Positions 8,892-19,192 of a stretch of DNA of 64,000 nucleotides are shown piece after piece. Where the stretch lies: assembly GCA_965197645.1 (NCBI GenBank), contig OZ240219.1, forward strand, positions 736,001-800,000. The letters are read 5' to 3'. The position numbers and the translations under genes were made by a program. Position 1 is the stretch's first letter. The number at the start of each line of letters is the position of its first letter. This DNA is from Dehalococcoidia bacterium. Its GTDB lineage: Bacteria; Chloroflexota; Dehalococcoidia; Plut-88900. The notes under the pieces were generated by a model, which did no database searches, had not been told where the DNA came from, and saw only the letters and a program-made list of their open reading frames with translations.

Positions 8892-8920
8892 TTGACACTA
8901 ATACACCGCAAGTGTACACT
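8892..8920 (+). promoter_or_regulatory. sigma70 promoter of the MaoC/SDR operon
   Basis: TTGACA-17 bp-TACACT. Confidence 0.7.
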
Positions 8921-9034
8921 TTGCGACGGTTTGCAGGCCCAGTGGCGGGGTCACAACATCAGTCGTAAATCCAGTCCCGTCGGCCTGCTGCGTCCTCTGT
9001 AATCAGTGGGCTATCCGGTTCGAGGGGAAAGAGA

Positions 9035-9487
9035 ATGGCTGAAAACGAATCCCTTATCACCGATGAAATGAGAGGTCTGGTGGGTGAGGAGTCCGAGCCC
9101 GTCACCTACGACATCGAAGCGGGCCTCATCAGACAATTTGCTCAGGCCATCGGCGACGATAATCCCCTGTGGCAGGATGAACCCGATGCGCGGGATACCC
9201 GGTGGGCCGGCATCACCGCTCCCCCCACATTTCTCAGGACCTGCGAGCCGAACCCCAACCGCGACGTCAGTATCCCCGTAAGCAGGGGCCTGGACGCCGG
9301 CAGCGAGTGGGAGTACTTCCTGCCGGTCCGTCCCGGAGATCGGATAACCGTGACCCGCAGAGTGACCGATTTCACCCAGAAAGAGGGGCGCTTGGGCCAG
9401 ATGCTCCTTTCTACTGCAGAGGTACGGTACGTCAACCAGTTCGGGAAGCTGGTAGCGACCCAGACAGAGAGAGGAATCTCTTACTAA
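9035..9487 (+). CDS. MaoC-like hotdog dehydratase accessory subunit (HadA/HadC-like)
   Basis: IRQFAQAIGDDNPL..APPTF..EYFLPVRPGD. Confidence 0.88.
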   Translation: MAENESLITDEMRGLVGEESEPVTYDIEAGLIRQFAQAIGDDNPLWQDEPDARDTRWAGITAPPTFLRTCEPNPNRDVSIPVSRGLDAGSEWEYFLPVRPGDRITVTRRVTDFTQKEGRLGQMLLSTAEVRYVNQFGKLVATQTERGISY

Positions 9488-9520
9488 TACCCCGCCCCAG
9501 TGCTAGAGGAGGTTGCTTGG

Positions 9521-9976
9521 ATGGCCGATGACTCCATTTACGAAGAACTTAAGAAGAAGGTTGGGATCGAATCGGACCCTGTGGTGTACACGGTGGAGAA
9601 GGGACACATCAGGCGGTTCGCCGAGGCCATAGGTGACGACAACCCCCTGTTCACCGACGAGTCCGAGGCCCGCCAGAACCAGTACGGAGGCATCATCGCC
9701 ATGCCCACCTTCACCCGGGCCTTCGCATCCCGGGAAGACGACGAAGGCGTGACCCGGGAGGATACCGACGTTAAGGTGCTGGATGCCGGCAGCGAGTGGG
9801 AGTACTTCCACCCGATCAGGGTTGGCGATACCATCTCCGTAACCACCAAGGTGGCCGAGACCTATCAGAAAGAGGGCCGGCTGGGCACGATGACCTTTGA
9901 CGTGCGGGAGACCACCTACAAGAACCAGTTCGGCCAGGTGGTGATAACGCGCCGGGATACCGGCATTACCTATTAG
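9521..9976 (+). CDS. MaoC-like hotdog dehydratase accessory subunit (paralog)
   Basis: IRRFAEAIGDDNPL..AMPTF..EYFHPIRVGD. Confidence 0.88.
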   Translation: MADDSIYEELKKKVGIESDPVVYTVEKGHIRRFAEAIGDDNPLFTDESEARQNQYGGIIAMPTFTRAFASREDDEGVTREDTDVKVLDAGSEWEYFHPIRVGDTISVTTKVAETYQKEGRLGTMTFDVRETTYKNQFGQVVITRRDTGITY

Positions 9977-10042
9977 CCAGATCAGCGGCATTACTAGAGC
10001 CAGGACAAAGCAAAGTTTGGAGATAGACTCCAGGAGGCAAGT

Positions 10043-10471
10043 ATGAGCCAGGTATATTTCGAGGACGTCACCGAGGGGATGGACATCCCTACTTTGACCA
10101 AGAACCCCACCACTCGACAGCTGGTCAAGTACGCCGGGGCATCCGGTGACTTCTACGAGATCCACTACGACAAGGACTACGCTCTAGGTAACGAGCTCCC
10201 AGGCCCCATCATCCATGGCGCCCTGAAGAACGCGTGGCTGGGCCAGGCCGTCACCGACTGGATCGGTAGCGAAGGCCTTCTCAAGAAGCTCAGCTGCCAG
10301 TACCGGGGCATGGATGTGCCCGGCGTGGAGTGCAACGTCAAGGGCAAGGTGGTCAAGAAGTACACCGAGGACGGCCAGAACCTCGTCGACTGCGAGATTT
10401 GGCTGGAGAACAACGAAGGTAAGGCCACTACCCCCGGAAGAGCCACCGCGGCTCTGCCCTCCAGGGGCTAG
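10043..10471 (+). CDS. MaoC family dehydratase catalytic subunit (HadB-like)
   Basis: Hydratase motif YAGASGDFYEIHYD...IIHG. Confidence 0.9.
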   Translation: MSQVYFEDVTEGMDIPTLTKNPTTRQLVKYAGASGDFYEIHYDKDYALGNELPGPIIHGALKNAWLGQAVTDWIGSEGLLKKLSCQYRGMDVPGVECNVKGKVVKKYTEDGQNLVDCEIWLENNEGKATTPGRATAALPSRG

Positions 10472-10562
10472 TACGGCCTCTACGGGTGCTCTGAGCACGA
10501 AAGCGCTCGCGGCACGTTGATTTTATAGACTGATCAGTTTGGAAGAGAAAGGGGTAGGAGAT

Positions 10563-11483
10563 ATGGCCGATCTTTTGGAAGGAAAGGCGGCGGTGGTTAC
10601 CGGTGGAGGCCGAGGTATAGGCCGGGGCATCGCCAAGGCGCTGTCTGCCCATGGGGCCAGCGTCGTAGTCTGTGACCTGGGAGGCGCCACCGATGGCTCC
10701 GGCAGCTCCCACGGGCCCGCCGACGATGTAGTCGCGGAGATCAAGGCCTCCGGCGGCAACGCTATCGCCAACTACGAATCGGTTGCCACCATGGCGGGCG
10801 GCGAGAACATCATCCAGTCATGCGTCGACGAATTCGGCAAGATAGACATCCTGGTCTGCGTGGCGGGAATCCTCCGGGACCGGATGGTCTTCAACATGAC
10901 GGAAGAAGAGTGGGACGATGTCATAGCGGTGCACCTGAAGGGTACCTTCAGCTGTACCAAGTACGCCTCCATCCTTATGCGCCAGCAGCGAGGCGGCAGG
11001 ATCATAGGCTTCTCGTCCGAGTCCGCGCTGGGGACCTCCGGCCAGTTCAACTACGGCGCCGCCAAGAGCGGTATCGCCGGTTTCATGAAGGTGGTGGGCC
11101 GGGACCTGGGCAAGTACGGCGTGACGGCTAACGCCATCCTTCCAAGGGCGGCTACCCGGATGACCGAGACAGACGAGGTCCGCAAGGCCCGGGAGATCCG
11201 TATCGCTCGAGGCCTCCCCGAGGGCAACGGCGACGAGGGACCCCAGGACCCGGAGGACGTGGCACCCTTCGTCACCTATCTGTGCAGCGATAGAGCAGCC
11301 AAGGTCAACGGTCAGACCTTCATGGTTTATGGCAACAACATAAGCCTGATCTCCCAGCCAAGGGTGACCCATTCGATTACCAGGGATGGCATGTGGTCCG
11401 TGGATGAGTTGGTCGAGATGGCGCCCAAGAGCTTCGGCAAGGGCGTGGTCAACAAGTTCCCGCCCCAAGCCCCCAAGTCCTGA
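10563..11483 (+). CDS. Short-chain dehydrogenase/reductase
   Basis: TGGGRGIG, AGILRD, NYGAAK. Confidence 0.92.
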   Translation: MADLLEGKAAVVTGGGRGIGRGIAKALSAHGASVVVCDLGGATDGSGSSHGPADDVVAEIKASGGNAIANYESVATMAGGENIIQSCVDEFGKIDILVCVAGILRDRMVFNMTEEEWDDVIAVHLKGTFSCTKYASILMRQQRGGRIIGFSSESALGTSGQFNYGAAKSGIAGFMKVVGRDLGKYGVTANAILPRAATRMTETDEVRKAREIRIARGLPEGNGDEGPQDPEDVAPFVTYLCSDRAAKVNGQTFMVYGNNISLISQPRVTHSITRDGMWSVDELVEMAPKSFGKGVVNKFPPQAPKS

Positions 11484-11541
11484 TATGGGGCGATTCAACA
11501 AGTAGATTTCTAAACCTAGGAAAATTCGGGAGGAAACAGGA

Positions 11542-12468
11542 ATGGCCAACAGACTTACGGACAGGGTAGCCGTTGTGACCGGCGCAGGACGGGGTATCGG
11601 CCGGGGCATTGCGCTCCTTCTGGCGGATGAGGGGGCCAAATTGGTGGTGAACGACCTTGGCGGCGAGGTCGACGGCTCGGGCGCTTCCCAGTCGCCGGCG
11701 GATGACGTGGTGGCGGAGATCAAAGCCAAGGGCGGCGACGCGGTCGCCAACTACGAGTCGGTCTCCAGCATGGAGGGCGGCGAAAAGATCATCCAGACCG
11801 CCGTCGATAATTTCGGCAGAATAGACATCCTGGTCTGTGTGGCGGGTATCCTCCGCGACCGGATGGTCTTCAACATGACCGAGGAGGAGTGGGATGACGT
11901 TATAGCGGTGCACCTCAAGGGCACCTTCACCTGCGTCAAGTACGCCTCCATCCTCATGCGCCAGCAGCGCAGCGGCAGGATAGTCTGCTTCTCGTCCACC
12001 TCCGGGCTTTGGGGCGCCTCCGGCCAGGCCAACTACGGAGCGGCCAAGGATGGGATCGCCGGTGGCGTTCGATGCGCCGCCCAAGACCTGGGCAAGTACG
12101 GCGTTACGGTCAACGGCATATCGCCGGGCGCAGCTACCCGCATGACCGAGACCGACGAAGTGCGACAGGCCAGGGAGATCCGCAAGCAGCGGGGCCTGGC
12201 AGACGAAGAGTTCGAGGGCGGACCTCAGCCTCCCGAGGCCGTTGCACCGACGGTGGTCTACCTCTGCACCGACGAGGCATCCAACTTCAACGGAGAGATC
12301 CTCCACGTGCACGGGGGATTCGTCGGCCTGATGGGCAACCCTGAAGAGACGAAGACCCTGAAGAAGCTGGAAGGACGCTGGACGGTAGACGAGATATCAG
12401 CGGCGTTCCCCGAGTCCATCGGCATGGACCTGGTGAACCCTGCGCCGGCCCAGGCTCCTCCGCAGTAG
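11542..12468 (+). CDS. Short-chain dehydrogenase/reductase (tandem paralog)
   Basis: TGAGRGIG, AGILRD, NYGAAK; long identical stretches with the upstream SDR. Confidence 0.92.
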   Translation: MANRLTDRVAVVTGAGRGIGRGIALLLADEGAKLVVNDLGGEVDGSGASQSPADDVVAEIKAKGGDAVANYESVSSMEGGEKIIQTAVDNFGRIDILVCVAGILRDRMVFNMTEEEWDDVIAVHLKGTFTCVKYASILMRQQRSGRIVCFSSTSGLWGASGQANYGAAKDGIAGGVRCAAQDLGKYGVTVNGISPGAATRMTETDEVRQAREIRKQRGLADEEFEGGPQPPEAVAPTVVYLCTDEASNFNGEILHVHGGFVGLMGNPEETKTLKKLEGRWTVDEISAAFPESIGMDLVNPAPAQAPPQ

Positions 12469-12492
12469 AGCCTTACAAAGAGGGTAATGAAA

Positions 12493-12524
12493 GAGGGCTT
12501 CTCGATAAATCGAGAAGCCCTCTT
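12493..12524 (+). terminator. Intrinsic terminator after the SDR pair
   Basis: AGAGGGCTTCTCGAT-AA-ATCGAGAAGCCCTCT perfect stem. Confidence 0.7.
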
Positions 12525-12589
12525 GATTTGTGGGCCTGACGTGACCCTTTACATTACTGAATAATCCGGATTCCCCGCCCCAGGTTGAT

Positions 12590-12910
12590 TTACCCACCAC
12601 CCGCCCTGGTACGTATTGTTTTTGGAGGCACATCCCCCACGCCCCCTGCCAGAGGCAGGGCGAGGCCCTGCACCCTTAACATGAGAGAAGATAGGGCAAC
12701 ATCTGAATCCGTGGTGTCGTCATTGCGAGACCCGACGAAGTCGGGGCGTGGCAATCTAACTGGGTATGGCCGTTGACCCCGGTAGAGTCGTATCCTCCTA
12801 CCCGCCCTCTAGGTGTTTCTTCCCACCCGCCCGCCCTGGGACGTTTTGTTGGGGATTGGGGGGCACATCCCCCACGCCCCCTGCCAGAGGGAAGCCCTCT
12901 GGACTCCTGG
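12590..12910. repeat. Mosaic cluster: family B, family A arm (12719-12756), family B
   Basis: Two CCCGCCCTGG..GCACATCCCCCACGCCCCCTGCCAGAGG copies around GTCATTGCGAGACCCGACGAAGTCGGGGCGTGGCAATC. Confidence 0.85.
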
Positions 12911-12950
12911 GATTGCATCCGTAGGCTCTACGCCACGAAGGGCTGGACGG

Positions 12951-13496
12951 TCAGGTTGCGTTGCTGAGGGCCGGGTTACGGTTGGCCAGCCACTGGTCTT
13001 TGGAGATGGCCATCTTAACGAAGGACTGACCGTCTCTCCTCACCCTGTCACACTCCACGAAACCGCACTTCTCAAAGCTGCGCTGGGCCCTCTTGTTCCA
13101 GTCCAGGGTATGGAGATAGACCGTTTTCATCTTCTCCCGGTTGAAGAGGTGCTCCAACAGGGCAAGCACGGCGTCGGCGCCGTAGCCCTTGTCCCAGTAG
13201 CCCTTGTCGCCGATCATGATCCCCATCTCGGTCTGCGCTTTGAGCTTGTCCATGTCGTAGTACATGCAGTTGCCGATATGCTTCCCGGACAGGTCGTCCA
13301 CGGCAAATTTACAGCGCCGGGGCATGGGGAACTGCAGCTCCTCGGCGTAGAACTCCTTGTAGTCCTCGAAACGGGTCTTCAGGGGTAAGGCCGCGTCCAG
13401 CTTGGCCAGCTCCTCGTCCCTGCGCCACGCGTAGTCGCGGGCGGCGTCTTCGAGGCGCTTGTCCCTGAGAATCACCTTGTTACCGCGCAGGAACAT
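12951..13496 (-). CDS. GNAT acetyltransferase (RimJ/RimL type)
   Basis: GIMIGDKGYWDKGYG...NKRAQRSFEKCGF. Confidence 0.9.
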   Translation of the reverse strand: MFLRGNKVILRDKRLEDAARDYAWRRDEELAKLDAALPLKTRFEDYKEFYAEELQFPMPRRCKFAVDDLSGKHIGNCMYYDMDKLKAQTEMGIMIGDKGYWDKGYGADAVLALLEHLFNREKMKTVYLHTLDWNKRAQRSFEKCGFVECDRVRRDGQSFVKMAISKDQWLANRNPALSNAT

Positions 13497-13932
13497 CCAA
13501 CTCCTCGGCGCCTCTGCTGTTGAGGGTTGCCAGGGCCTGTTTGGCTATCTCCACCTCGTTCTTGTAGGTCAAAGCCCCTTCGACTTGCTCAGCGTCGAAC
13601 CAGCGCACGACGTCGAACTCCGGATCGTGGTCGTCTATGGACCCGCCGATAGGCTGCATCAAGTAAAAGTGCACCGTCTTGTGGTTCCTGACCCCCGAGG
13701 CGTAGAACCAGTACTGGATGCTCCCCAGATGCTCCTCGATGGCCACCTTCAACCCGGTCTCTTCGGTTACCTCCCGGATGGCCGTTTGCTCGTGGGACTC
13801 ACCCGGGTCCGGGGTGCCCTTGGGAAGACGCCAGCTCTCCGGTTGGATGCGGCCGCACAGGGCTATCTCGATTCTATCGTGCTCTTTTCGGTATACGATG
13901 CCACCGGCTGAAACCGGGTATTCCGTTCTCAT
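13480..13932 (-). CDS. NUDIX hydrolase
   Basis: Nudix box GTPDPGESHEQTAIREVTEETG. Confidence 0.93.
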   Translation of the reverse strand: MRTEYPVSAGGIVYRKEHDRIEIALCGRIQPESWRLPKGTPDPGESHEQTAIREVTEETGLKVAIEEHLGSIQYWFYASGVRNHKTVHFYLMQPIGGSIDDHDPEFDVVRWFDAEQVEGALTYKNEVEIAKQALATLNSRGAEELDVPAR

Positions 13933-14089
13933 ATGATGCGGCCTCGTCCAGGTGAGACGCCACCAATTTTAGAAACGCCGAAATTGCGGGTCAAGTGCAA
14001 ATCCCACCTAAAGCGGTGCATCCGCTACGGTTTCCTGCGGATTTGCTTCCACTCAAGCTAGCAGTATATACGATGGAGGCCGGAGCCCC

Positions 14090-15400
14090 CTACGAACCTT
14101 CCGCACTGGCCACGGCTACCTCCCGGCAGAAGAGGTGGGGCGTGCGAAAGGAGCCTCCCCTCCATTCGGGCTCGATGCCTATGGCCTCCAGGTTGCCGAG
14201 TACGCTGTAGACGTTGCCCGAGAGCATGATGTTCTTGACCCGGCCCGCTATCCTACCGTTTTCGATCTTGTAACCCAGCAGGACGTTGCCGCTGAAATCG
14301 CCGGCGAGGACGTTGGTCTGGCCGGCGCCCAGCAGCGATTCCACTATCAGGCCTTCCTTTATGTCCGAGACCATATCATCGTAGGAGGTGTCGCCCTCCT
14401 GGATGAAGAGGACGCTGGTGGAGGGTCCAGGCAGGGAACCCGCGCCCCTGGAGGCGCTTCCCGTGGTTTCGGCATTCATCTGGGCGGCGGTCTTCAGGTC
14501 GTAGAGGAAACTCCTGGCCACGCCGTTCTCGACGAGGGGGATGCGGCGGGTGGGGAGACCCTCGTCGTCCCATGGCCGGCTGCCGGGCCGGTAGACAGCC
14601 GTACCGTCGTCGTAGAGGCTGAAGCGCCGGTCGCATATCTCTTCGCCCAGCCGCTCGATGAGCGGGGAAGCCCCCTGTACGACCGTGCGGCCGTTGAAGG
14701 CCACCAGGAGGGGGTGCAACAGTACCCCGGCGACCGCTGCAGGGGTGAAGATTACCGGCAGGTCGCCCGTGGGCGCCTCCACGATCTCCTCGGCCTGGTC
14801 CAGCTGCGTGTTCACCTTCTCTACCAGCCTGTGCCAGTTGGACAGGGGTTGAGACGAGCTTTCGCCGTCGCCGACGAAGAGCATATCGGTGCCCCGCACC
14901 CTGGTGCCACCAATCCCCAGGCTGAACACGCTTTTCTTGTAGGAGACGTCGGTCCCTTTCGAGTTGAGCAGCCTGACGGAAACAACGGTCCGGCTGACCC
15001 CAGCGTCGCACTGCACCTCCGAGGAGTGGGCCATCACACCATCGACCATGTGCTGGCCCAGCTCCACCATCTGTTCCACGGTGGTCTCCTCTACGGCCGG
15101 GTCGTAGATGGCCACTTCCGGATAACGGTTGGCGGATGGGAGATCGAAGGTGGCATCGGCGCCAAAGGGCGCCACGTCTACGGCGTTCTGCACCAACCCT
15201 TCAACATCGCCGATCCGGTTGGTGGCCGAGAAGCCGACCTTTCCGTCCTTGATGATCCGGAGGCCCACCCCGTGGGACTCCTTGGTCTGGAGGCTCTTGA
15301 GCCGGTTGGACTCGAAGGATACCGGCGTCGTGCGGCTGGTTACGGCAAAGACCTCCGCCGTCTCCGCCTGCTTACTGGCCACCTCTAGAATACGCTCCAC
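14090..15400 (-). CDS. pmbA: TldE/PmbA family protein
   Basis: Paired with tldD; DDEGLP, GDFS motifs; no HExxxH. Confidence 0.88.
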   Translation of the reverse strand: MERILEVASKQAETAEVFAVTSRTTPVSFESNRLKSLQTKESHGVGLRIIKDGKVGFSATNRIGDVEGLVQNAVDVAPFGADATFDLPSANRYPEVAIYDPAVEETTVEQMVELGQHMVDGVMAHSSEVQCDAGVSRTVVSVRLLNSKGTDVSYKKSVFSLGIGGTRVRGTDMLFVGDGESSSQPLSNWHRLVEKVNTQLDQAEEIVEAPTGDLPVIFTPAAVAGVLLHPLLVAFNGRTVVQGASPLIERLGEEICDRRFSLYDDGTAVYRPGSRPWDDEGLPTRRIPLVENGVARSFLYDLKTAAQMNAETTGSASRGAGSLPGPSTSVLFIQEGDTSYDDMVSDIKEGLIVESLLGAGQTNVLAGDFSGNVLLGYKIENGRIAGRVKNIMLSGNVYSVLGNLEAIGIEPEWRGGSFRTPHLFCREVAVASAEGS

Positions 15401-16759
15401 TTAAGCGCCTCCTACCAGGCACTTGGAGATCCTGATGTGGGGGCTGCCATTGGATACCGGCAGGGGCGATTGTCCACCCTTGCCGCAACCGCCCCCCTGG
15501 TTCATGTCCAGGTCATCACCGACAGCGTCCAGGTTCTGGAGGGTTTCGAATACGTTGCCCGAAAGGGTTACGGGCCGGAGCAGCTCGGCCACTTTGCCAT
15601 CGCGGATCATGTAGGCCTCTCTGGCGGAGAAGGTGAACATCTCCATGCTGGTCATGCCGCCGTACCAGTTGCAGGCGTACACCCCTTCTTTGATATCCGA
15701 AATCATCTCGTCGAAGGTGGTGGATCCGGGCTCGATGAAGGTGTTGGTCATGCGCACGATGGGTTCGAACCGGAAGTCTATGGCCCGGGCGTTGCCCGTG
15801 GTCGGCTCGCCCATCTTGGCCGCGGTCTCCCGGGAGTGGAGGCGCCCGACAAGCTCCCCCTCTCTGATCAGGTCGGACCTGGTTGCGGGAACGCCCTCGT
15901 CGTCGTACTTGTAGCTGCCTCTCAGGCCGGCCACGGCCGCCTCATCTACTATGTTTAGGTGCTTGCCGCCGAACTTGCGGCCCAGGAGCATAACCTCCTT
16001 GAGCTGGTCATTTTCATATACGTGGTCCGACTCGGAGAGGTGACCGAAGGCCTCGTGGACGAAGACGCCGGCCAGTATCGGGTCCAGGACGACGGTGTAG
16101 TCGCCGCCTTTGACCTTGGGTGCGGAGAGCAGGTCCACCGCCTTCTGAGCGACATCCTTGGCCTCCTCGTGCAGGTCCTCGACGAGGCCGAAGTCACCGT
16201 TGCTGCCGAGGCTCACACCCGCCTGCTGGACCTCGGGGCCATCCTTGGCCGTAGCCGAGAGGCGCAGGGTCACGTCGATCCTCTCCTGCTGGATATGACT
16301 GCCTTCCGAGTTGGCGAAGGTCACCTTCTTCCGGCTATTGCCGTAACCGATGTTGGTGGTCTGTATCCCCTCGACGCTCCACATGATCTCGTTGTACTGG
16401 TCCAGCAGCTCTTTCTTGTCGGCCAGGGAGAGGGCCGAAGGGTCTTTCACAACATTCGGCTCGACCTCGTCCACTACCGGCTCCAGGGAGACGAAGGAGC
16501 TGGTCTCGTTGCCCACCAGACGCGCTTGCTGCACCGCGGTCCGGACCCTGTCTTTGAGGTCTTCGATATCATTGAAGCTGACGAAACCCCAACCGCCGTT
16601 GACCAGCGCCCTCACGTTGCCCCCCAGGCTGGTGGTAGAGCCGATATCCTCCAGCTCCCGACCTCGGTACATGATACGGGTGCCCTCGGACTCCTCGATC
16701 CGTATTTCGACGTACTCGGCACCGTGGTCCTTCAGGGCTTCGGTGATAACGTCGCGCAT
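15401..16759 (-). CDS. tldD: TldD metalloprotease
   Basis: HEAFGH, YDDEG, RMTNT, GCGK motifs; start MRDVITE after GGAG. Confidence 0.92.
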   Translation of the reverse strand: MRDVITEALKDHGAEYVEIRIEESEGTRIMYRGRELEDIGSTTSLGGNVRALVNGGWGFVSFNDIEDLKDRVRTAVQQARLVGNETSSFVSLEPVVDEVEPNVVKDPSALSLADKKELLDQYNEIMWSVEGIQTTNIGYGNSRKKVTFANSEGSHIQQERIDVTLRLSATAKDGPEVQQAGVSLGSNGDFGLVEDLHEEAKDVAQKAVDLLSAPKVKGGDYTVVLDPILAGVFVHEAFGHLSESDHVYENDQLKEVMLLGRKFGGKHLNIVDEAAVAGLRGSYKYDDEGVPATRSDLIREGELVGRLHSRETAAKMGEPTTGNARAIDFRFEPIVRMTNTFIEPGSTTFDEMISDIKEGVYACNWYGGMTSMEMFTFSAREAYMIRDGKVAELLRPVTLSGNVFETLQNLDAVGDDLDMNQGGGCGKGGQSPLPVSNGSPHIRISKCLVGGA

Positions 16760-16867
16760 GAGTGCTCCTGTAGAGATGACGGGTGTGATGTGGGAAGGCG
16801 TAGTATAGCAGATTGTGGAGACGCTTCGATTGACCCTGAGGAGGGCCTGGGTGTATAAGGCGGCTTG

Positions 16868-18136
16868 ATGCAAGGGGAGAGGGACCTGGACTCGGAGAGA
16901 ATACCGCGCTACGCCTGGGTGGTGTTGGGCTTCTTCACCCTCAACTACACCCTGGTGCTCATCCCGCTTCTCACCCTCGGTCTCCTGCTGCCTGACATAG
17001 CTGACGAGTTCTCGCTGTCGCCGTCCCAGCAGGGGTGGCTGGCCTCGTCGGTGCTGTTTGCCAACCTGATCTTCGAGGTGCCGATCAACTGGCTGACGTC
17101 CCGGTACCCGGTATGGCGGGTGTCCAGCGTCTGCTTTGTAGCGGCTAGCCTGTTCCTGCTCCTGCACGGCTGGTCGGCCACCTTCGCAGTACTGATAATC
17201 GCCCGGGTGGGTCTTGGCATGTGGCTGCTGTCCACGGAAGCGCCCCGGACGCTGGTGATTCTCCAGTGGATGCCAAGGCGGTACATAGGCGCAGCCAACG
17301 GAGTGACGTTCAGCGCCCTCGAGGCGATGCTCGGTGTCGGCTGGGTCGTAATCCCGTTCATTCTGGGTTGGCTGGACAGTTGGAGGGACACCCTCTACCT
17401 GTGGGCTGGTGTGTGCCTTTTTGCCAACGTCCTCTGGGTAGTACTGGGTCGGGACCGGATCACGTCCGAGTACAGCAGGAGAATAGGCTCGCAGGCGGAG
17501 ACGCCCCTGAGCAGCCTGTTCAAATACAAAGAGCCCTGGATACTGGGCATCGGGGTAGTAGGGTCCGTGGCCGGCAGATCGTCCTTTGGGACCTTCTGGC
17601 CCACCTTTACGCAGGACTACTATGGTACGTCGTTGACCATGGCCGGTCTGGTGGTGGGAGTAGTCGCCTTTGCCGGCGCTCCGGCAATGCTGGGCACGAG
17701 CATCATACCTTACTTCACCCGGCGCGCTCCGTTGGTGTTGACGGCGTGCGGGGTTATTTTATCCGGCTCCTTCATCGGGACTCTGTTCACGGATTCGATG
17801 CCCCTGCTGTTTCTATCCGGCATTGGTGTTGGAGTGGGCTTTGCCTTCTTGCCGGTGGTGATGACCCGCCTGTATGAGCAGCCGGGGATCAAACCGCGAG
17901 AGGTCGCGGTGGTTGCCGCCCTGATCTTTACGATGCTGTGGGGAGGATCGGCCATAGGCCCGCTCGTGGTCGGGTTGATCCAGGAAGCGACGGACAATTT
18001 GAGACTGGCCCTAGTGATCACCTCTCTAGCCCCGCTGGCCCTCAGCGGCGCGGGCCTGGCCATTTCAGGACGGCGAGACGGCGCGGTCGAGATGGACCCG
18101 GAGCCGTCACCGACTACTGGCACCCGTTCGAAGTAA
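16868..18136 (+). CDS. MFS transporter
   Basis: About 12 hydrophobic helices arranged 6+6. Confidence 0.85.
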   Translation: MQGERDLDSERIPRYAWVVLGFFTLNYTLVLIPLLTLGLLLPDIADEFSLSPSQQGWLASSVLFANLIFEVPINWLTSRYPVWRVSSVCFVAASLFLLLHGWSATFAVLIIARVGLGMWLLSTEAPRTLVILQWMPRRYIGAANGVTFSALEAMLGVGWVVIPFILGWLDSWRDTLYLWAGVCLFANVLWVVLGRDRITSEYSRRIGSQAETPLSSLFKYKEPWILGIGVVGSVAGRSSFGTFWPTFTQDYYGTSLTMAGLVVGVVAFAGAPAMLGTSIIPYFTRRAPLVLTACGVILSGSFIGTLFTDSMPLLFLSGIGVGVGFAFLPVVMTRLYEQPGIKPREVAVVAALIFTMLWGGSAIGPLVVGLIQEATDNLRLALVITSLAPLALSGAGLAISGRRDGAVEMDPEPSPTTGTRSK

Positions 18137-18252
18137 CCAGGCATCCGTGACATCGAGAATCTAGCCGTTCTGCGAAAGCCACAACCGGCGTCTTGTGAGG
18201 TTGGGACCCGTTTGTCGGGAGGTGGGCCGGATGCTAGAATCGGAGTACGCCC

Positions 18253-19011
18253 ATGGCCACCACCCGCAGTAAACCCACCAGAAAATCGATGGCCGGTAAG
18301 AGGCCAAAGAAGGGGCACCTGCCCATCGATGAGATCGTACGCAGACTCGACCCGCTGTACGGCCCGGCGGAGGCGCCCCGCCCCTACGATCCCATCTCCG
18401 AGCTGATCTTCACCGTCCTTTCGCAGCACACCTCGGACGTCAACTCCTACCGGGCCAACGAGACCATGCGGGAGCGGTTCCCGACCTGGGAAGCTCTCAT
18501 GGAGGCCGATATCGACGAGGTGGCCGATGCTATACAGATAGGCGGCCTGGCCAAGGTGAAAGCCCCTCGCATCCAGGCCATCCTGAGGGCGATACTGGAG
18601 CGCAACGAGGGCTCGTGGGACCTCTCCTTCCTGTCCGAGATGCCCCTGGCCGAGGCAAAGGAGTGGCTGCTGGAGCTGCCCGGAGTCGGTCCGAAGACGG
18701 CCGGGTGCGTGCTGCTGTTCTCCCTCGGCCGACCCGCCATGATAGTTGACACCCACGTCTACCGCGTGTCGCAACGGCTGGGTCTCATCGGTCCCAAGGT
18801 CAACGCCGACGAGGCCCACGATCTGCTTGAGGAGATGACCCTCGACGATGATATGCTGGCTGCCCACGTCTACATCATCACCCACGGTCGACAGGTCTGC
18901 AAAGCCCAGAACCCGCTGTGCCGGGAGTGCACCCTGGAGGACGGCTGTCCCTCGAGCACCCTGAAGAGCAAGAAGAAACGGCCTAAGAAAGCCAAGAGCT
19001 CGGCGAAGTAA
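18253..19011 (+). CDS. nth: Endonuclease III family HhH-GPD DNA glycosylase
   Basis: LPGVGPKTA HhH, VDTHVYR, C-x6-C-x2-C-x5-C Fe-S motif. Confidence 0.88.
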   Translation: MATTRSKPTRKSMAGKRPKKGHLPIDEIVRRLDPLYGPAEAPRPYDPISELIFTVLSQHTSDVNSYRANETMRERFPTWEALMEADIDEVADAIQIGGLAKVKAPRIQAILRAILERNEGSWDLSFLSEMPLAEAKEWLLELPGVGPKTAGCVLLFSLGRPAMIVDTHVYRVSQRLGLIGPKVNADEAHDLLEEMTLDDDMLAAHVYIITHGRQVCKAQNPLCRECTLEDGCPSSTLKSKKKRPKKAKSSAK

Positions 19012-19017
19012 GGAAAT

Positions 19018-19140
19018 GAGCCTGTCTCAGAACCCTCCTTTGAGGGAGTCCAGAGGGAAACTTCCCTTTGGCAGAGGGCCTGGGGGATGTTCCCCAGCTA
19101 CAAAACCTTCCGGGGGAAGGGCGTATTTGTCTACGTGCCC
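19018..19140. repeat. Repeat family B copy
   Basis: GAGCCTGTCTCAGAAC end plus GGGAGTCCAGAGGG..TGGCAGAGGGCCTGGGGGATGTTCCCCAGC core. Confidence 0.75.
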
Positions 19141-19192
19141 ACCTACCTACTATACTTTACCTTTCACGAAATGGAGACTTTGAGATAAAGAG

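Noticed and set aside
15401-17167. Extended N-termini in the ORF track (TldD 588 aa; also CaiB 511 aa, YebC 329 aa, RpsP 111 aa)
   Set aside because: Extensions overlap divergent genes or promoters; starts at family-typical positions are better supported.
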